From Anthoceros angustus (Eukaryota > Plantae > Anthocerotophyta): DNA of 17,158 nucleotides. The notes below the pieces were generated by a model. That model did not search any database and was not told the origin of the DNA. It worked only from the letters and a program-made list of their open reading frames with translations. Positions within the stretch are counted from its first letter, which is position 1. Each line of letters starts with the position of its first letter. Shown here piece by piece: positions 10,400 through 17,158 of this stretch. The translations under genes were made by a program, and so were the position numbers. The stretch spans positions 1 through 17,158 of the forward strand of contig VJWM01000405.1 of assembly GCA_010909165.1 (NCBI GenBank), given 5' to 3'.

Positions 10400-10625
10400 A
10401 CCAAGTGATCACATGGCGACCTGGAAGACAACAACATAGTGCTGGTGGAATTTTTGAGGTATCAAGATGCTTGAAAGCGATCTTGAAATGTGGCATCAAA
10501 GTACAAAGATAAGTGCATTGTGACCCGGATCTGAAAGCAAGGATTGTGTCACTGAAGCGCGTAAAGGACTTGATGGGGGAGTACCCTAACCTCATGACGT
10601 GGGAGTCAGTGAAGGGTTACCAGAA
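10400..10625 (+). pseudogene. N-terminal part of a C5 DNA-cytosine methyltransferase (DNMT3-like) domain within the gypsy polyprotein, truncated by the copia insertion
   Basis: With small indel corrections at the TTTTT run (10451-10455) it reads NIVLVEF(F)GGI..CL.AILKCGIKVQR*VHCDPDLKARIVSLKRVKDLMGEYPNLMTWESVKG. This resembles motif I (F-x-G-x-G) and the motif II acidic residue. The catalytic PCQ motif is absent because the sequence is cut at 10625. Confidence 0.7.
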
Positions 10626-10891
10626 TGATGAAATATATGTAGTTTAGGGCACTATTTATTAGGGCACCTTTACTTAAACATTAGTTTCCATCTAGGGCTT
10701 TAAGTAGTTATTTAATTAGTTGCTCTAGGTGTAGTTGTTATATTAGTTGCAACTACCTAGTGGTTACAACAACTTATGGTTGTAACCACTAACCACCTAA
10801 CCACCTAGCCTATATAAAGGCTTGCACTCTTTACTTTCTTAATTCAATTGTATTGTAGCACTTTGTGCCTAAGAGCTATTGATTCTCATCA
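10626..10891 (+). mobile_element. 5' LTR (266 bp) of a Ty1/copia element
   Basis: Starts TGATGA and ends TCATCA (6-bp terminal inverted repeat), contains TATATAAA at 10811-10818, is AT-rich, and is immediately followed by a PBS. Confidence 0.88.
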
Positions 10892-10903
10892 TGGTATCGA
10901 GCC
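10892..10903 (+). promoter_or_regulatory. Primer-binding site complementary to initiator tRNA-Met
   Basis: TGGTATCGAGCC lies directly after the LTR CA; the canonical site is TGGTATCAGAGC (one base missing). Confidence 0.85.
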
Positions 10904-11071
10904 AGCAGCTCTCTATGCTTGAGCTCTACACTCCCTTCCGCCCAATGCTACTCTAGCTTCCTTCTATTGCTAATTATGCATCGTGGAGACTTCATTCTGG
11001 GCAGCAATCGAGTGTAGCATCAAGTGTTCTAAGGATGCACAATTTGTGCATCCATCTCCTGTTCGCTCTCA

Positions 11072-11911
11072 ATGGATTCTCTCAATCCTAGCGAACATGG
11101 AAGAAGGTGGAAAGTTAAGACACAGAGAAGGAGGAGGCAACAACAAAACTTCATAGAAGTATCATCAGAGGAATTTGATACTTACTCCCCTATTGAATAT
11201 GATATGCTTGAAGTCCATGTTGGTAACCTTATATTTGCTCTCTCTGAGTCTGAACACGAAGCAAAGTCCATCTCCCTAGCTAGAAGAACTTTGCTTTCAA
11301 CATTTAGTCTTTATCAAATAGGATGTATTGAGTCCGCAATTATTCAATTCATCAACAAAAGACTACAACTTTCTTCCCAAATCCGGATAAACTGTAAAAC
11401 ACTCAACTCCATTAGATCAAGCTATTCAAATATATACTTCGATGAGAGATTGATTATCTTACCCAAGAGATACATTTAATCTCTACACGTTGAGAAACTA
11501 ATCAAAAGAAGTTGATACTCGACCTTCGTTGGAGCAATACAAATACTTGCAAAAGAACAATGAAGAAATGCAGCACGTGCTCACGCGTCATTCCCAAAGT
11601 TATTAAGAGAACTCCGCGTCAAGCACGATCCAGCTATCTTCATTGATATTGAACATCACCTGCAATGTTTGAGGAGCAAGTAGTTGACGAAGTTACAAAT
11701 TCAGACGCAGACGTCGATAAACTTAAAAAATGGCTTGCTGAAGAAAGAGCCAAATGGGAAGAAGAGTGGAAAAGAAAGACTTCTGACTCTGCACATACAA
11801 CTGTGGTTCATGGAGAAGGCTTCAAGGAGAAAGATAGATTCAATGGAAAAGGATATGACGTTTGGCAAATACGTGCCAAAGGAGTATCATGACAACGTGA
11901 CTTATGGGATA
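11072..11911 (+). mobile_element. Copia gag, N-terminal part, possibly with a long N-terminal extension
   Basis: ORF pieces 11072-11479 and 11665-11892. The latter ends FKEKDRFNGKGYDVWQIRAKGVS*QRDLWD, resembling the copia gag N-terminal motif (xKLNGxNYxxW...DLWD), and is cut at 11911. Confidence 0.7.
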
Positions 11912-14449
11912 AACATTATAATTTTGAAGGGTGAATAATCTCAAAGGGGTTTTCCAGAATAATCTCTCAAGGGGTTTTTGATGGGCCCTAAAACAACGCT
12001 CAAGGCATTCCGGAAAACATCTCCAAAAAAGGGTGTCACCACTAAAGTTCCTACTTTCCATCCAAAGAATGTTTCATCGAATGGTGGTTGCAAACTCGAA
12101 CCTATGGGATTAATGCAAAGTAGGAGCGGTGAGGAAGGCCGTTCCTGCCGGGAAGAGACGATAGTTTGGGAGGAAAATGTGGTTTAGTAAGGACAACAAA
12201 AGCCACGGATGTAGTATTTCCAAAACACAAAACATTTGGAACCGATGTTCAACATTCACCCTCGGGACAAACCGTGATTTCGCCACTCATCAGAGTTCAA
12301 TCCTTCGTCATCACTTGGTCCAAATTTTCTCCAAAGATTGTCATCACTATCTTCGGCACTTTGACTCGCAGTTGTATGAAGCGCAACTCGCAGAGCTTAT
12401 CCCTTATCGCTTTTTGTCCACCATACACATGTTTCGCGCTCAACACAAACCCATAATACATGTTTCATTCTACAAACACCTCAGATGTTTTTGGGTAATG
12501 GACCTTATTCCCTTTTTCCCCAGACGACCGTATGGGTTACACTGACGACTATGTATTCCTACACATATCTCCCTTCATACGATCCGTGGTGCTCGGTCCG
12601 ATACCGGATAAGAAAGTGAGGTCGTGGTGCATCTAGCTTCACACAATGACTCTCCCAATCCGAATGGCCTGTGTGTATCCATAGTGCACGGCGGAAAACA
12701 TCCTTGATTTCCATTATGTCCCCATTCATCGCCATTCCCATCGTTGCCTTCCATTTTGATATGCCCCCAAGTACATATCACTGGGAGGTCCTCAATAATG
12801 CCTCATCTAGCAAAGCTTCATCCGCACTTGAAGTGGTCAGTCAGATGATCCACTTCGCACGTGAAAACCACTTCCAAGGACGTGTAGCACTAGCCCAATG
12901 TTATTCTCCACAATGATAGCAATCTCCTTCCGTCCACCCAAAAGGCTTCCCACCACTTGTACTCTTCAATACCACCTATGGACGCAAATCTTTTAACCCT
13001 TCCCCGCAATGGGCCACACCTTCCATCGGTGATAGGATACCCGCTGCCCTTCTTGTCCCCCCTAGCTTCACCCAGATGCACTGAGGATGGTGCAGGAGGG
13101 CACCGGCCGCGCCCCCAAGATGCTCGCCATGGGCCGGCCGCCCCCCACGCTACCATGCCCATGCGCCCGGCGGTCCCCAACAGCCCACCATGCCATGGGC
13201 GCCTGCCCCCACCCCCAACACACTGCCACGGCCGCCTCCTAGCACACTCGCCCATGGGCCGGGCCCCCCCAGCACACCGCCCATGGGCGCCGCCGCCAAC
13301 GCCCTAGCACACCCCGCCCATGGGCGCCGCCGCCGGCGCCTCAGCACACTCGCCCATGGGCGCCGGCGAGCCCCCCCCACACGCCTTGCCCCGCCATGCC
13401 GGCCGGCGCCCCTAGCACACCCGCCTACCCATGGATGCGCCGCCGGTTTTTAAGCGAGCTCCAACAATATTCAACTGCCGTCAAATGGCTTAGTCCAAAT
13501 GGCACACATACGAACGCCATGGCCTACACTACAAGCGCCCGGATGGGTACCTAGAGAGGAATTTAGCGCCTAGTTTACCCATGGAGCGCCGAGTACCTCC
13601 CATGGCAGTCGAGTGGACTTCAAATAATTTTTTTGTTTGTTTGTTTGTTTGTTGGTCGAGTGTTTGGGAAAAAAGTGTAGTAATGAGTAGGTCTCGTGTT
13701 CAAAACCCATATCCCCTTGGCAACTTAAATTTGTTGATTTTAAGGATGCTTACATGGGCGCATGGGCAACTAACTTTGTTCATTTTAAGGACGCTGCCAT
13801 TGCCTTAAAGCCCAAGTGGTTGCATTGAGTGCCAAAAGAGGTTGAAGACCACGACTGGCGACCTTTTGGATGAGGGTCCAGAGACCCTAGATGTCAGGTG
13901 GCGCCGACACGGACGCTAGGCCCAAGAATGGTACTATTGAAGACGAGCAAGCAATGGAGGAGAACGACAACTTTGAGGCGGAGGATATGGACCGCCTAAT
14001 ATGGCGGTGGTACTTGACTGGCCAGGCAAGGCATGGATGAGTCGCCAGGCCGCACTCTTGAATGACTATTGTCGATGCTGATGACCACTTCCTCCTTTAG
14101 CAGTTGTTTGTTGCAATGTCCTCACGACTATTGAAATGAAACTCCTGCTACTATAGGATTATTTTCATTGTGTTCCACCACTTGAAAGTAAAAGTTTTCG
14201 GTTGTAATAAACATATGAAAATGGCAGCCCTCTATGCATTCTACAAAAAATGCAGACGGGCCCACACCCTAATGTGCTCCAGCCTCGTGTAGACTTGAAA
14301 GTGCGTCTTTTATCAAAGGTATGACCTCGTAAAGGGTGCGCAATTATCAAAGTAGGCGATAGACATGGGAAGGTGTACATCGTGACAAAGGGGTGTTGTC
14401 TCGACCGAAGGAGGTTACTATATTCCCCCCCTTCAAAAATTATCATGTT
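11912..14449. mobile_element. 2538-bp TIR DNA element, apparently non-autonomous, with GATA target-site duplication, inserted in copia gag
   Basis: Left end aacattataattttgaagggtgaata (11912-11937) and right end tattcccccccttcaaaaattatcatgtt (14421-14449) are imperfect inverted repeats. GATA flanks both sides (11908-11911 and 14450-14453). Removing the element restores tta tgg gat att gtt agc = LWDIVS. Confidence 0.85.
13190..13445. repeat. GC-rich minisatellite of ~30-37 bp, core AGCACAC(T/C)CGCCCATGGGCGCC
   Basis: AGCACAC recurs at 13241, 13271, 13306, 13343 and 13414, with repeated CCATGG and GGCGCC palindromes. Confidence 0.85.
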
Positions 14450-16510
14450 GATATTGTTAGCCATGATATTGATCGTCCCCTCTGGAATCAGGACTCTAAA
14501 GCAAAATGGGACATCAAGGATCAGAAGGCTCAAGATATCATCATAAGTGGACTTACCGAATCAATGGTTCGACAAGTCTCAGAAGCATATACCTCCAAGG
14601 AAATGTGGGACCGTCTTGCTCAAATATATGCTTCAAATGATGTGATGAGCATATTGACGGCCACCCGAAATTTCTAGAATCTCAAGATGAGAGAAAACGA
14701 TTCCATTGAGAGCCATATTAGTACTTTTAGATTGGCTAAAATAACCTTGAAGCGATCCGGCGAAAAATCCGAAAAGAATGCATTCATTAGTCTCTTATCC
14801 ACTCTACCACCTTCCTATCGGGCGTTCGTGACAACATAAAATGCCGTCCTTCGTAATGCACAGAAGACAATGGCATCTGACGGTTCCTCAACGTTGGATA
14901 TCAGCTTAAATGAGCTCATAGGAGCCATAATACAGGAGGACTCCTGCCATCGTCACGACACTCGCTCCACCAGACAACAAGTGATGTTCACTGGAAGAGG
15001 CAGAGGTAGAGGCCGAGGCCGTGGCCAAGGCAGAAGACCCAATACCTCTCGCCCATATATCAACTTCCCTCATGGAGAATCTACATCTTCTTCAACGCAA
15101 AAGGTAAAAAGAAGATTGGAGTTATTTGTAATTGGTGTAGAATACAATCATATGGAGAAGGATCAGAATAAGAAGAAGAATGGCGAGCCTAGAAAGGAGG
15201 CCGCACCTGGAGCACATATTGCTGTGAAGAAACAATCTTCGTCAACACCATCAGCTCTCACTGTATGCTTGGCATCATCAAGCCAACAAACCCATATTGG
15301 TACTTGGACTGGAGCTACATCACACATCCGAAACTCTTTTGAGTCCTATTCGCCACAGGACACCGCATCGCCCCATCATGGCGACCACAACCTCCCATCT
15401 CTAGTGTCTCCTTTACGTTTCTCGATGTTCTTCGTGCCAAGTTCTCTCTCTCTCTCATGTCCTTCATGTACCATCCATGTGTAAAAACTTAGTGTTTGCT
15501 GCTAGCTTATGTTTAGAACATAGTATGCAAGTCATTTTAAACGCAGATAGTCTTATCTTATCTTCCGAGTAAGTCACACACCATCTCGCACTTTAGAGGA
15601 CGGTCATATAAACTGTGTCCAAGTGGGTTCTTACATGATAGAATACATGAAGCCCAAAATTCTCAACATCCTCCAACACCATACTTTGGCATTGCCGCTT
15701 ACGTCATCCTAACAGCCAAAACTGCTTCAAATGTCTAAGGGAAATCTCTATAGAAGTCCTTCCTTTCCATGATAGAACCACTATCCTCGTGTGAAGCTAT
15801 GTCGTAACCAAAAGACATCAAGCTCCCTTCCAAAATAACTCTCCACATGGGCTATATCACCCTTGAGTTAGTTCACATAGACATTTGCGGCCCGTCGCAC
15901 CATCCTTAGTGGTTGTAAATATTTCCTTACTTTCATTGATGATTTCTCCTGCTTCACCTCAACATATATCCTTAAACACAAAAGTGAAGCTTTTCAGTAC
16001 TTTAAGGACTACATGATGTGGCGGAGAGACTTACGATAAGAAACTCAAGACCCTCCGTTCCGACAATGGCGGCAAGTTTACTTCACATGCCTTTCGATTT
16101 TTGTCGAGCTCAAGGCATTGCTCAACAACTCACATTGTATATACGCCTGCAAAATGGGGTAGCGTAAAATAAGAACTTACGCCTTCAAGAGATCGCAGTT
16201 GCTTGCTCTCCCGTGCCAAATTAACCAAATCATATTAAGTGTAAGCAATGCTTACAAAGAATATCTCATTAATCGAATGCCAACCTCTGCTAAAGGTATG
16301 ACACCTTATGAAGCATTCACCGCAAAAGCCTTCTATAGATCTTGGATTTTATCGTATCTGCTTTATGTTTTATTCCTAAAGCACGCAAGAAACTAGATGA
16401 TAAGGTCGCCAAGTATACTTTTATTGGCTACATCAAGGCATTAAAGGATACAAATTATTTGATCTTGTTACCAAGAGACCAATATACTCTAGGAGGCTAC
16501 CTTTCATGAG
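14450..16510 (+). mobile_element. Copia gag (UBN2-type)-zinc knuckle-protease-GAG-pre-integrase-integrase, decayed; no RT or 3' LTR in the window
   Basis: Motifs in order: WDIKDQKAQDIIISGLTESMVRQV...SKEMWDRLAQIY; LLSTLPPSY; GRGRGRGRG; C-x2-C knuckle remnant; HIWYLD-GATSH (~15290-15330); VLHVPSMCKNL; LELVHIDICGP; KYFLTFIDDFS; KTLRSDNGGKF; QNGVA; INRMPTS; RKKLD; FIGY; GYKLFDL. Confidence 0.93.
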
Positions 16511-16606
16511 TCTCCAATACTATCTCCTTCTGGATTCTCTGCCTCTTCCACGATGAGAATCATCTGCCTCGTTTTGATGATGACCGCTGTGAAGCATGAA
16601 AAGTTT

Positions 16607-16734
16607 GGGACTACCGGTGTCCCGAGTATGAGCTTGTCCCGGGCAACTCCACCAATCTTATTTGTGAGGACTATGGGACGCTTGTCCCATAGGGATAGTC
16701 CCGGCAGTCCCTGGCCGTGGGATTGCCATGTCCC
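16607..16734. repeat. Cluster of GGGAC/GTCCC inverted repeats (several hairpins)
   Basis: gggac-taccggt-gtccc (16607-16623); ctatgggac-gctt-gtcccatag (16671-16692, perfect 9-bp stem); ggga-tag-tccc; ggcagtccc-7nt-gggattgcc (16703-16727); ends in gtccc at 16730-16734. Confidence 0.8.
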
Positions 16735-17158
16735 ACCGGGTTGATGGGGCTGGCGAACGGGTTTCTGGCGCTGTTCGTGCTGCGGCTCGGGTGCGGCATG
16801 TTCGAAGCCGGGGCGTACCCGCTGGCGGCGGGTATCGTCCGCACCTGGATGCCACCTTCCGTCCGCGGGTTCGCCAGCGGGTGCGTGTCGGTCGGCGGGC
16901 GGCTGGGGCCATCGCACCGGTGCTGACTATCGCGCTGGCAGGGGTGGCGACGGCGGAAGCGTTCGGCGCCGTGTTGGGCGGGCCGGGGATGATTCCCTCC
17001 ACCGACGGCTGGCGGCGGCCGTTCTTCGTATGCAGGATGATCAGGGTGGCCGGGGCGATCCCGTTCTGGCTGTGGTACCGCAACCGCCCGCGGGAACACC
17101 CGGCGGTGAACGCGGCCGAGGCCGACCTGATTGACGGCGGTCAGCGGCCCGCTCAATC
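16735..17158 (+). CDS. Fragment of a bacterial-type MFS transporter (ACS/ExuT-GudP-like), lacking its N-terminus and running off the window
   Basis: Translates as TGLMGLANGFLALFVLRLGCGMFEAGAYPLAAGIVRTWMPPSVRGFASGCVSVGGRLG, then after a frameshift AIAPVLTIALAG...GWRRPFFV...FWLWYRNRPREHPAVNAAEADLI. It is intronless, visibly ~70% GC and GC3-rich. Confidence 0.85.

Noticed and set aside
12890-13453. Overlapping Pro/Gly/Arg-rich ORFs on both strands
   Set aside because: They are by-products of the GC-rich minisatellite, with no domain signature.
13895-13910. TGGCGCCGAC as a primer-binding site of another retroelement
   Set aside because: No adjacent LTR end or downstream gag could be established, and GGCGCC is common in this element.
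16560-16760. Sequencing adapter at the plant/bacterial junction
   Set aside because: No adapter sequence that I recognise is present; this does not exclude a ligation chimera.
16504-17156. Long minus-strand ORFs (137-161 aa)
   Set aside because: They are antisense shadows of the GC-rich plus-strand MFS coding sequence.

Overview
This is eukaryotic plant DNA, probably a non-seed land plant (inferred). The central feature is an 11-exon CHASE-domain hybrid histidine kinase (AHK4/CRE1/CHK-type cytokinin receptor, + strand, ~4.9-9.46 kb). Its splice sites and catalytic residues are intact, and its many frameshifts look like long-read homopolymer deletions rather than pseudogenisation. Upstream are Ty3/gypsy remnants: integrase, an extra ORF, repeats and an RT-RNase H fragment. 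Downstream is a nested TE stack. A Ty3/gypsy fragment has a retropepsin followed by the N-terminal part of what appears to be a C5 DNA-cytosine methyltransferase. It is interrupted by a Ty1/copia element (266-bp LTR, tRNA-Met PBS, gag-PR-IN). The copia gag is in turn split by a 2.5-kb terminal-inverted-repeat element with a 4-bp GATA target duplication. At ~16735, after a 128-bp GGGAC/GTCCC hairpin cluster, the sequence switches abruptly to a GC-rich bacterial-type MFS transporter fragment (chimera or HGT). All homology calls come from manual translation and motif recognition; no searches were run.
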